From Verrucomicrobiales bacterium (GTDB lineage: Bacteria > Verrucomicrobiota > Verrucomicrobiia > Verrucomicrobiales > V1-33): a stretch of DNA of 45,086 nt. The notes beneath the pieces were generated by a model. That model was not told the DNA's origin. It did not search any database and worked only from the letters and a program-made list of their open reading frames with translations. The translations under genes were made by a program, and so were the position numbers. Where the stretch lies: contig JANOAV010000066.1 of assembly GCA_031411295.1 (NCBI GenBank), positions 1-45,086 on the forward strand, written 5' to 3'. Below are positions 21,301-29,158 of the stretch, piece after piece; position 1 is the stretch's first letter; each line of letters begins with the position of its first letter.

Positions 21301-22275
21301 TCCGGTCCCATCCGCCATGGCCTCTCCACCTTTCTGCAGACGAGTGTGACGGGACCGGGCACGTTTAGTTTCTGGTGGAAAGCCAGCACGGATCTGAACT
21401 CGGATTTGGTTTACTTCAGCATCGATGGAGTCATCCAAACCAGCATCAGTGGTGAAGTCGCCTGGGTCCAACGCAGCCAAGCTCTCTCCGCCGGACCGCA
21501 TACGCTGCGCTGGGAATTCATTCGCGATGGCAGTGGCAATGGCGGACAGAACATGGCCTGGGTGGATCAGGTAAACTGGACCACGCCGGGTCCCACGATC
21601 ACCAGTCCGCTCACGGTAAACATGACTTGTGGTCAGACCATCACGGTTCCTCTGACCTCTGATGATCCAGCGGCAGTTTGGAGTGTTACCGGCACCGTGC
21701 CGGCCGACATGTTTTTCCTGGATACCTCCAAGATCATCGGAGCCGTGCCCAAACTTCCCCGCACGGTTACGTTCACCCTCAATGCCACCAATGCCGGAGG
21801 CACTACCACCTCCCGAGTCTTCACGGCCATCATCGAATCCTCCTATGCCAAGTGGGCGCGCGACAAGGGGTTAGCGGTCGGCACCGAACTGGGGGATCCT
21901 GATAAGGACGGCATCGTAAACATTGCCGAACTGGCCTTCGGACTGGAACCTTTAGTTAGAAACAACGGGTTCCAACCAGTCACTTACGATGTGTCCACGA
22001 AAAAGCTGAAGGCGGTCTTCAAACGTCGCCATCAATTTTTCCCGGACCTCAAATATGAAGTGCAAGTGTCCACGGACCTCAAAAATTGGACCAGCATCGC
22101 CTATATCGATAATGGGGCCACCTTTACCACGACTGGGGCCCCGCCACCGAGCATCAGCGAAGTCGAGGTTTTGCCCTATCCAGATTCCGTATATCAATCA
22201 ACCGTAATCGATGGAGTGGCCCAATCACCCACGATGCCCCGCCGCGTGATGCGCCTGAAGATCACGCAGATGTAA
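18325..22275 (+). CDS. Secreted metzincin-type Zn-metalloprotease with pro-domain, PPC-like and putative Ig domains
   Basis: HELGHTFGLLH and Met-turn SMMGY; LYIDFD; DTDFF..NLD..NYYLKV; LPPGITLDPNTGVLNGTPT; C-terminal DPDKDGIVNIAELAFGLEP module. Confidence 0.9.
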   Translation: MKSPNRSFYPILLALAGCSVLIFLLSREPQRPIASVTPGSGAVGVQATLTAQNPSAAPVTPVVTQLAAPTSAPLISLGSSSFQVSTDPVSNGRTFTAAEPTVLSLRTIVAGDRFSFPLPDRGFVEAKINASLQDSDRPSLWTIGGEIGKEEGSLYLAQDSESGMLSGVVMFRDKREAWVYNRTGAGGLTVVERLASEIVCTGEDGLPPLGFGGSAASATASAAAPNSGGGGVVALNTGTGNTVPNCSSRPTATSVLYIDFDPGSVTQTFWNCGRTITYISAGMTANQMVSIWSQVSENFAPFDVNVTTNRTTYTNATVGRRMRFVMPKTTWSGKDAGFAAIGSFPNAGGYWSERSRLINNIGLDLHKTTYNGSGTLPANCGVIPIAYPSDIVCWGFADQFLTTTGTVQQQTNACARVVSHELGHTFGLLHESLVLTATTYQEYYPGHGSGVDRWSSMMGYQFNPIAHWSKGEYSLALNRGWGVNLSGANLFQDDLAIIGAGVTGGAGNGLLADDKGNTIATAALLTIDGLGAVNDKGLITSETDTDFFRIPIVSGSGVISLSIGPKAEDPNLDVYVELQNSSGTVLASSNISGSRSATIGPITVAAGNYYLKVEGSAEGTASTGWTRYGNLGNYGINGSVTGSGGAPVITASSLPPDGSVGISYSFPLAATNNPTSYYLVSGVSPPGLLLSGNSLNGIPTTQGWYNFTLAAANGQGASSKFFTMYVFGPSTLDEALDAYPIVWTSTSPPSSLPASLWQGQRAISHDGNDAARSGSIGANSESILTTDLKGPGKLTFYWRTSSHTSDRLIFRLNTTEQFNIGGETAWEQKTVLITGSGTYPVSWIYRTDPGTTAGQDAGFVDQVTYLQNPDFPAGNFYAGGTVGQAFYWPIVLANTNVPNTWTLTGGALPPGITLDPNTGVLNGTPTTLGTYDPQITATNAAGSSTTYPTIYIYPDISLATALDAPGLTWITGGTNPWFGDNVEKNDGVDAAHSGPIRHGLSTFLQTSVTGPGTFSFWWKASTDLNSDLVYFSIDGVIQTSISGEVAWVQRSQALSAGPHTLRWEFIRDGSGNGGQNMAWVDQVNWTTPGPTITSPLTVNMTCGQTITVPLTSDDPAAVWSVTGTVPADMFFLDTSKIIGAVPKLPRTVTFTLNATNAGGTTTSRVFTAIIESSYAKWARDKGLAVGTELGDPDKDGIVNIAELAFGLEPLVRNNGFQPVTYDVSTKKLKAVFKRRHQFFPDLKYEVQVSTDLKNWTSIAYIDNGATFTTTGAPPPSISEVEVLPYPDSVYQSTVIDGVAQSPTMPRRVMRLKITQM

Positions 22276-22316
22276 CGGCTCGGGCGGGGGAGGATTTACT
22301 TGGATGCTAACTACGC
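22152..22316 (+). repeat. Left copy of ~165-bp imperfect direct repeat (island boundary)
   Basis: Aligns to 32243-32406 at offset 10091; the core 22172-22284 differs from 32263-32375 at 5 of 113 positions. Confidence 0.95.
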
Positions 22317-22333
22317 TCGGTCCCTTGGGGAGC

Positions 22334-22361
22334 TTGCATTCTGGCGGATCCTCCCTACCAT
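22334..22361 (+). promoter_or_regulatory. Candidate sigma70 promoter giving a leaderless mRNA
   Basis: TTGCAT-16 bp-TACCAT ending 6 nt before ATG 22368; no SD sequence. Confidence 0.45.
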
Positions 22362-22367
22362 CTCGGC

Positions 22368-25145
22368 ATGAATCCGCCCAAGATCTTCATTTCCGCTACC
22401 TCGGGTGATCTGACCTCTGCCCGTCAGATTGCCAAGGAGGCTCTGCTGACTATCAATTGTCATCCGGTGGAGCAGACGAACTTTGAGCCGGACTGGCGGT
22501 CGGTTACGGAGATGCTGCGGGGGAAGATTGGCGATTGCCAGGCGCTCATCCACCTCGTGGGGTTTCGCTATGGAGCGGAGCCGGATCCGGGATCGTTGCC
22601 GCCGGGCACGCCGCGTCGGAGTTACACGCAGATGGAGTATCACCTGGCTCGGGAAATGGGGCTGCGGGTTTATACCTTCCTCCTGCCGGAAACCTACCCT
22701 TTCGACGTCCCGCCCGCCGCCGCTGCTGTGGTTAGCCCCGAGCAGGCGCAGCTCCAGGCCTCGCATCGGGAGCTGATCCAGCGCAGCCCGCACCTTTATG
22801 AATCGCCAGCTAACGACCTGAGCTTGCGCACCCGCCTCATTGCCTTGCAGGAAAAAGTCCTTGGGCTGGAACAAGAGCAGACTGAAGTTAAGCAGGAGGT
22901 AAGGACTAACCGCCGTTGGGGGCTCTGGGCGGCGGCGGCCATTCTGCTAATCCTCGGCGTTATTGGCTGGGGAATTCATCACGTCATGTCTCAGAACTCT
23001 GGCGTTTCGGCTGCGGTGGCACAGGTGCAGAGCGACGTAACCGAGGTGAAGGCTGTCTTCACCAAGGAGCGCAAATTCATGTCCCTGATTTTGGCTCGTG
23101 CCAATGCGCGAATCAAGGACTGGGAGAACATGAAACCCAATGAACGCTTCGATCTCGCGCTTGACCAGATAGCAGCTGAGCAAAAAATCCCAGAGAAAGA
23201 ATTACGCGACCTGCTAGACCTCTATGTCCAGCGCGTAGAGATAGACCCCGATGCGGAAGCGGAAGACAAATATTTCGTGCTGATGCGCAAGCAAGCTTTT
23301 GGCGAAGCCGCCAAACTAGCCAGTAGCGAGGGCCAAACGGCGGAAGCCCGCATGAAGCAACAAACGTCCCGCCGAGAAGCGGCTCAAGCCATCGCAGCGC
23401 ACGCAGGGGAGCAGGAGGAAGTCGAACGTAAGCGTGCGATAGACTTTTACCAGAAAGAAGGAAGCGCTTATGAATCAGCGGCGCAATATGAGCCAGCACT
23501 CGCGGCTTACAAAAAAGCCGCCGCCTTGGCGGACAAGTCCGCTGATCCCGTCGGGTGGGCACATGCGCAGAATTGGGTCACATTAATTCATCTCCACCTG
23601 GCCCGGTATAAAGAAGCTGAGCCACTGATGCGGGAAATCCTCCGGCTCTTGGAGCAGCACCTCGGCCCCACCCACGCAGACACGGCCGCCGCCCTCAACA
23701 ATCTGGCACAGTTGCTCTCTGACACCAACCGCCTGACGGAGGCGGAGCCGCTGATGCAGCGCGCGCTGAAGATCGACGAGGCCAGCCTCGGCCCGGATCA
23801 TCCCGATGTGGCCACACGCCTCAACAACCTGGCCCAGTTGCTCAGGGACACCAACCGCCTGACGGAAGCGGAGCCGCTGATGCGGCGGGCGCTGAAGATC
23901 GAAGAGGCCAGCTACGGCCCGGATCATCCCAATGTGGCTTGTTGCCTCAACAATCTGGCCTTGTTACTCCAAGACACCAACCGCCTCACGGAGGCGGAAC
24001 CGTTGATGAAGCGGGCACTGAAGATCGCCGAGTCGAGCTTCGGTCCAGATCACCCCACACTGGCCAGCGCCGTCGGCAATCTGGCCCAGTTACTCCAGGC
24101 CACCAACCGCCTGACGGAAGCGGAACCACTGTTTCGGCGCGCACTGAAGATCGACGAGGCTAGCTTCGGCTCGGAACATCCCACCGTGGCTAGGGACCTA
24201 AACAATTTGGGCCAGTTACTCCAGGCCACCAACCGCCTGACCGAGGCGGAGCCGCTGATGCAGCGGGCAGTGAAAATCTGGGAGCACAGTCTGGGATCGG
24301 ATCATCCCGCTGTGGCAACTGCCGTCAACAATTTGGCCCTTTTGCTCAACGCCAAGCACCAGTTGACGGCGGCGGAGCCGCTGATGCAGCGCGCGCTGAA
24401 AATTTGGGAGGACAGTCTGGGGCTAGACCATCCTACCGTGGCTGCCGCACTCAACAATCTGGCCCTTTTGCTCCAGGCCACCAACCGCCCCAACGAGGCG
24501 GAGCAGTTGTATCGGCGGGCGCTGAAGATCGTCGAGACCAGCCTCGGCCCGGATCATCCCGATGTAGCTAGGAACCTCAATAATCTGGCCACATTGTTAC
24601 TGTCCGCCAACCGCCTCACGGAGGCGGAGCCAATGATGCAGCGGGCGATTGCAGGTATATTTCGTTTTCAAGCCAAGACAGGGCATCGACATCAACACTC
24701 CGTGATGTTCACCGAAAACTACCTCCTCATCGTCCGCAAGCTGCAAGTCCCCGACCCGGACATCCATGCCCGGTTGGACAAGGTGCGGCAGGACGCGGGG
24801 CTGGAGACGGAGGCATTTGAGGAAATCTGGCAAGAGGTTCTGGCGGAGAACCCCGCCGCTGCGGAAGGGCCGTTCGCAGTGGTGATCACGAATGTATTGC
24901 CGGACGGTCAAGCCAAGGGGCTGGGATTGCGGGTGGGAGACAGCTATCTAAAATACAATGGCCAGCCAGTCACGAGCGTGGAACAGTTCATCCAACTCAC
25001 GGGTGAAGCCAAAGGCGCCTCGGTCTCGCTGGAGGTGCTGCGTGACGGGAAGAAGCTGACTTTCACCGCCAAGCCCGGCAAACTCGGCACCCGCATCGAG
25101 AACCGCCCGCTGCCCGCCGCCACCGATCCCTCACCCGCCAAGTAA
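22368..25145 (+). CDS. DUF4062 (TIR-like) - coiled coil - TM - TPR array - PDZ protein
   Basis: KIFISATSGDL..R..HPVEQ..IHLVGFRYG..SYTQMEY; TM RRWGLWAAAAILLILGVIGWGI; 42-aa TPRs LNNLAQLLxxTNRLTEAEPLMxRALKI; PDZ VVITNVLPDGQAKGLGLRVGD..YNGQPV..LEVLRDG. Confidence 0.9.
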   Translation: MNPPKIFISATSGDLTSARQIAKEALLTINCHPVEQTNFEPDWRSVTEMLRGKIGDCQALIHLVGFRYGAEPDPGSLPPGTPRRSYTQMEYHLAREMGLRVYTFLLPETYPFDVPPAAAAVVSPEQAQLQASHRELIQRSPHLYESPANDLSLRTRLIALQEKVLGLEQEQTEVKQEVRTNRRWGLWAAAAILLILGVIGWGIHHVMSQNSGVSAAVAQVQSDVTEVKAVFTKERKFMSLILARANARIKDWENMKPNERFDLALDQIAAEQKIPEKELRDLLDLYVQRVEIDPDAEAEDKYFVLMRKQAFGEAAKLASSEGQTAEARMKQQTSRREAAQAIAAHAGEQEEVERKRAIDFYQKEGSAYESAAQYEPALAAYKKAAALADKSADPVGWAHAQNWVTLIHLHLARYKEAEPLMREILRLLEQHLGPTHADTAAALNNLAQLLSDTNRLTEAEPLMQRALKIDEASLGPDHPDVATRLNNLAQLLRDTNRLTEAEPLMRRALKIEEASYGPDHPNVACCLNNLALLLQDTNRLTEAEPLMKRALKIAESSFGPDHPTLASAVGNLAQLLQATNRLTEAEPLFRRALKIDEASFGSEHPTVARDLNNLGQLLQATNRLTEAEPLMQRAVKIWEHSLGSDHPAVATAVNNLALLLNAKHQLTAAEPLMQRALKIWEDSLGLDHPTVAAALNNLALLLQATNRPNEAEQLYRRALKIVETSLGPDHPDVARNLNNLATLLLSANRLTEAEPMMQRAIAGIFRFQAKTGHRHQHSVMFTENYLLIVRKLQVPDPDIHARLDKVRQDAGLETEAFEEIWQEVLAENPAAAEGPFAVVITNVLPDGQAKGLGLRVGDSYLKYNGQPVTSVEQFIQLTGEAKGASVSLEVLRDGKKLTFTAKPGKLGTRIENRPLPAATDPSPAK
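23600..24650 (+). repeat. Intragenic tandem array of about 8 x 126-bp TPR-coding units
   Basis: Equivalent NNL(A/G)-type motifs start at 23694, 23820, 23946, 24072, 24198, 24324, 24450, 24576. Confidence 0.9.
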
Positions 25146-25154
25146 CCCACCACC

Positions 25155-27249
25155 ATGAATCCGCCCAAAGTCTTCATTTCCGCCACCACGGGTGACCTCC
25201 GCAGCATTCGACAGTTGGTGAAGGAGGCGTTGCTGACGATTAATTGTCATCCGGTGGAGCAGACGAATTTTGAGCCGGACTGGCGAACGGTGGAGGGGAT
25301 GTTGCGGGGGAAGATTTCTGACTGTCAGGCGCTGATTCATATTGTGGGGATGCGCTATGGGGCGGAGCCGGAGATTGCTTCCCTGCCTGCGGGGGCGCGG
25401 CGGCGGAGTTACACCCAGATGGAGTATGATCTGGGGTGTCAGTTGCGGGAGGAACGCGGGGAGGAGCGATTCCGGGTTTATACTTTTGTCTGCCCGGAGG
25501 ATTTCCCTTATGATGCTCCCCCGGCTGCGGCGGCGGGCTCGGCTGCCGGGGAAATGGAGTCGGAGGAATTGCAGGCCTTGCAAGCAGGCGCATCGCAGTG
25601 CGGTGCTGGGGAGTGCTCGGCTCTATGATGCGCCACAGACCGTGGAGAGGCTTGAGGCACGGGTGTTGGCGCTGCGGGAGCAGGTGTTGTCCTTGCAGCA
25701 GGAGCAGCAGAGCATTGCTCAGGAAGTGCAGCGGTCGCATCGGTTGTTGTGGGTGGTGCTTGGGTTCTTGGGCTTGGTGGGCGTGGGGCTGCTGGTGATG
25801 CATCGCGGGAACCAGCGGGGGGTGCAGGAAATTGTGGAGAGCCAGAAAATGGATACTGCCAAAATCAAGACCCACCTGCGGGAATCCTCGGAGCGGCGGC
25901 TGGAGGAAGACTTGAAGGCAGCGGACTTGGAAAAGAAATTCGATGACCGCCAGCGGCAGAAGGACGCGGCTCAGGCCGCGCACCATGGACGGCTGAGTCG
26001 GATTGATGATTTGGCGGCCAATTTCGACCTCTTGGAGAGTCAGGCGGATGCCACCGCCGAGTTCAAGGAACTGACCCGCATCCTGCGGGACGAAGGCGTG
26101 GACAAGGCCCTGGCCTACGCCGAGCAGCAGCGACCCGCCATCCTGCGGGCCGTGGCCGCAGCGGATGCCGCGCATCTGGAGCAGAAGCGCGCCCGCCTCC
26201 AGCCCTTGCTCCAGGCAGCGGATCTTCAGGCCAACAAAGGCCAGACGGCTGCCGCCCGGACTGGGTATGAGGAGTTGTTAAAGCTGGACCCGCAGTGGGG
26301 GGAGTTGTTGGAGAACTATGGGTGGTTTCTTTACAGTCAGTCGCACTACTTTCGAACGATGGGTCATTTGACCTCCGCCGTGGAGGATGCTCAGCAATGC
26401 TTCAGCCTGGCCCAGCGCTTCCATTCATTGGATGCAACATTGCCCTATGCCCAGCGGCTGCTCCTCGGTGCCCATAACCAACTGGGCGACGTGCTGCTGG
26501 TCCGAGGGGCCAAGGGGGATGCGGAGCAGGTCCTGCAGTATTTTCATGCCAGCCTCGGTTTAACGGAAACTCTCTACAAAGCCAATCCTGACTCCGCCGT
26601 GGCCGAACGGGATATGTGCTTCAGCCTGGGAAGACTTGGCTATTTCCTGTCCCAGCGCGGCCAGCCGGGGGATGCGGAGGCTGCGCTGAAACATTACACC
26701 CGCAGTCTGGAAATGGCCGAGAAGCTGCTGCTGGCCAATCCTGACTCCACCCAGGCCGGGCGGGATGTGTCCCTCAGCCTGGGCAACCTAGGCGATTTCC
26801 TGTCCAAGCGCGGCCAGCCGGGGGATGCGGACTCTGCGCTGAAATATTACACGCGCAGTCTGGAACTGCGCGAGAAGCTGCTGCTGGCCAATCCTGACTC
26901 CGCCGCCCAGGTCGGGCGGGATGTGTCCGTCAGCCTGGAGAGGCTGGGCTCTTTCCTGTCCCAGCGCGGCCAGCCGGGAGATGCGGACGCTGCGCTGGAA
27001 TATTACACGCGCAGTCTGGAAATCCGCGAGAAGCTGCTGCTGGCGAAACCTGACTCCGCCCAGGCCGCGCGGGATGCGTGGTGGCTCTGCTCGAGATTTG
27101 CAGAACTTTCCGAGAAATCCCACCAAGGTGATGCCAAGGCGTGGTGGCAGCGGGCGTATGATGGGCTGAACGGAATGAAGGAGAAGGGGATGTTTATTTC
27201 CCCGGCGGATTTGAAATATTTGGAGACGCTGCGGGAGAAGTTGAAGTAG
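25155..27249 (+). pseudogene. Second DUF4062 - coiled coil - TM - TPR gene, split by one extra base near 25587 (real frameshift or sequencing error)
   Basis: ORF 25155..25628 is a close paralog of the 22368 N-terminus. Homology (AHRSAVLGSARLYDAP vs SHRELIQRSPHLYESP) continues in the 25342..27249 frame from 25588. Joined product ~697 aa with TM RLLWVVLGFLGLVGVGLLVM and 51-52-aa TPR units. Confidence 0.8.
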
Positions 27250-27543
27250 GGGGCAGGTTGTTTCCTGGCTGCCCTTACTTTCCAGCAGTTTCAGGGAGGA
27301 CAGCAGATTATGGTTGGGAAAATGGCATCCCAATCTGTTGGCCTCCGTGAATCTGCGGGAAATGAAACGGGGGCAGGAGAGGCAGAATCCAGCGCTTACG
27401 GGATAGACGGTGGCTGGGACGAGTGACGATTTGCTTCTGCTTTGTGGCATTTTTCATTTTGCCGAAAAAAAAACGAAAAAAGGCCGAAAAGAATTGGGTG
27501 TTGTGTGGGGGTAATGGGGTGCTATCACCTCATTTTCGGAGGC

Positions 27544-27611
27544 GCTCGGAGTTCCGCCTTCAGGCGGTTTCGCAGACACAGACCGAACCGCCTAAAGGCG
27601 GAACTCCGAGC
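27544..27611. repeat. REP doublet (26-bp inverted repeats, each arm self-palindromic)
   Basis: GCTCGGAGTTCCGCCTTCAGGCGGTT ... AACCGCCTAAAGGCGGAACTCCGAGC, one mismatch, 16-nt spacer. Confidence 0.85.
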
Positions 27612-27641
27612 CTTCTTCGCCCCTGACACCCCGCGTCATTC

Positions 27642-27670
27642 TTGACAGGTTAGCGCTCTGGTGCTATGCC
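27642..27670 (+). promoter_or_regulatory. Candidate sigma70 promoter upstream of the 21-bp array
   Basis: Perfect TTGACA, 17-bp spacer, extended TG then TATGCC (weak -10). Confidence 0.45.
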
Positions 27671-27792
27671 TTTAGCCGTGAATTTTCCATGGCCAGAGCG
27701 TGATCGCGTGGGTGGGAACCGTCGGGTGAACTGGCGGCGGACTGAAGTATGGCCTAGGGCGGGGTTTCTGGGGTCGGGGGGCAGGGCGATGG

Positions 27793-28065
27793 TTTCCGGG
27801 GTGTCTCTTTTCGTTTCCCGGTGTGGAATGGCGCTTTCCCGATGCCGCGTTTCCATTTCCCGATGCCGTGTTTCCCTTTCCCGGTGCCGGGAAAGGATTT
27901 CCCGGTGCCCCCTTTTCAAATGGGGGGGCCGTTTTTTGGTTTCACGGTGCCGTTTTTTCATTTCACGGTGCCGGGAAATCGCTTCCCGATGCCGCTTTCC
28001 GCTTTCCCCGTGCCGGGAAATCCTTTCCCCAGACCGCGTTTCCCTTTCCCGGTGTCGCGATTGGG
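27793..28065. repeat. Array of 13 x 21-bp units: core TTTCCCGGTGCCG plus variable 8-nt tail
   Basis: Units start exactly every 21 nt from 27793 to 28045 with no indels; unit 7 is degenerate but stays in register. Confidence 0.95.
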
Positions 28066-28087
28066 TAAATTTCACCCTTCCTATCTC

Positions 28088-28954
28088 ATGAAAACACTCC
28101 ACTGGGGTGACCTGGACCCCGCCACTGGCGAGCCTTACCGCTATGATGACCCTAACGTAAGATGGGGTTTCGTCTTGGAAGCCGGGGATGAAGGATTCAC
28201 CCCGCCCGCCGCACCCATTTCCCCCCAAACCACAACCAAACCCAAAGCCAAACCTATGAAACACCAAGATTACTACCCCGTTCGTCAAGCCGACCAAGCC
28301 GTGTGGCTGGAGAACTTCGCCAATAAGCTGCCGGGCTACGCCACCGCCCTGGGCCTCACAAATGCAGAGCGGGATGCCGCCGTGGCGGATGCGCTCTGGC
28401 TGGACTACATCCTCACCACTTGGCTACCTGCGTTGCGCGCATTCACCCAAGCGTGCACCGCTGCCAACACGCAGGCGCAGAAGGGCACCGGTGGCCTGCT
28501 GGCGCTGCCCGTGTTCGCTCCTGCGGCTCCTGCCGCCGGGGTGGTGCCCAGGCTGGAGGGATCGCTGACGCGGATTTTCGAGCTAGTGGTCAAACTGAAA
28601 GTGAACACCGCCTGCACGCCGGCCATGTGTGAGGATATGCGCATCGTGGGGGCCACGGAGACGCCCCCGGACTTCACCACCTTCCGTCCGGAGTTGGCCC
28701 TGCGCGTGCTGGCCGCCGGGGTGTTCATCGCGTGGACGTGGCTGGGGAAAGGAAAGTGGCTGGACTCGCTGGAGATCCAGGTGGACCGGGGCACGGGCTG
28801 GCAGATCCTCACCTTCGATACCACACCAGACTATACGGACACGCATCCATTTCCCGCCACGCTCACCCAGTGGAAATATCGGGCCATCTGGCGGGTGGAT
28901 GACGGCTCCGTGGGGCTGTGGAGCGAGGTGCTGACGGTGGCCGTGGGCGGGTAG
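28088..28954 (+). CDS. Uncharacterised protein: W/D-rich N-terminal peptide, helical domain, C-terminal FN3/Ig-like beta domain
   Basis: ATG 28088 MKTLHWGDLDP..YDDPNVRWG; alternative start 28256 MKHQDYYP..WLENFANKLPGYATALGL; C-terminal beta pattern VFIAWTW..LEIQVDRG..YTDT..WKYRAIW..VGLWSEVLTVAV. No signal peptide. Confidence 0.8.
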   Translation: MKTLHWGDLDPATGEPYRYDDPNVRWGFVLEAGDEGFTPPAAPISPQTTTKPKAKPMKHQDYYPVRQADQAVWLENFANKLPGYATALGLTNAERDAAVADALWLDYILTTWLPALRAFTQACTAANTQAQKGTGGLLALPVFAPAAPAAGVVPRLEGSLTRIFELVVKLKVNTACTPAMCEDMRIVGATETPPDFTTFRPELALRVLAAGVFIAWTWLGKGKWLDSLEIQVDRGTGWQILTFDTTPDYTDTHPFPATLTQWKYRAIWRVDDGSVGLWSEVLTVAVGG

Positions 28955-28970
28955 GTGGCCGGAAACATGG

Positions 28971-29158
28971 GTAGGGCGGTGCGTCCCGCCCGCCGGGTTT
29001 CGCGTCTCGCGGAACCCACGGGCCGTCCCGGCCAGTTGGAGCGTCCCGCTCCTCATGCGTGGCAGGCAGGGAGGGAGGAGCAAGATGCTCCAGGGGACCG
29101 GGACAGTCCTGGTGGTCGGCGGGACGCCAACCACGGCGGGCCAGAGGCACCACCCTAC
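28971..29158. repeat. GTAG-type REPIN with nested internal palindromes
   Basis: GTAGGGCGGTGCGTCCCGCCCGCC (28971-28994) is inverted to GGCGGGCCAGAGGCACCACCCTAC (29135-29158), 20/24 match; internal GGAGCGTCCCGCTCC and GGAGCAAGATGCTCC palindromes. Confidence 0.75.

Noticed and set aside
27250..27540. Intergenic stretch with A/T runs after the second DUF4062 gene
   Set aside because: No convincing ORF, RNA gene or repeat visible.
27793..28065. CRISPR or TIGR array interpretation
   Set aside because: 13-nt core and 8-nt tails are far too short for CRISPR, tails resemble each other, there are no cas genes, the period is not 36 nt, and no Nop-domain protein is recognisable.
27821..28087. FPVP-repeat N-terminal extension of the 377-aa ORF
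   Set aside because: GTG start lies inside the array and the open frame is expected from a stop-free repeat; ATG 28088 is preferred, though the extension is not excluded.
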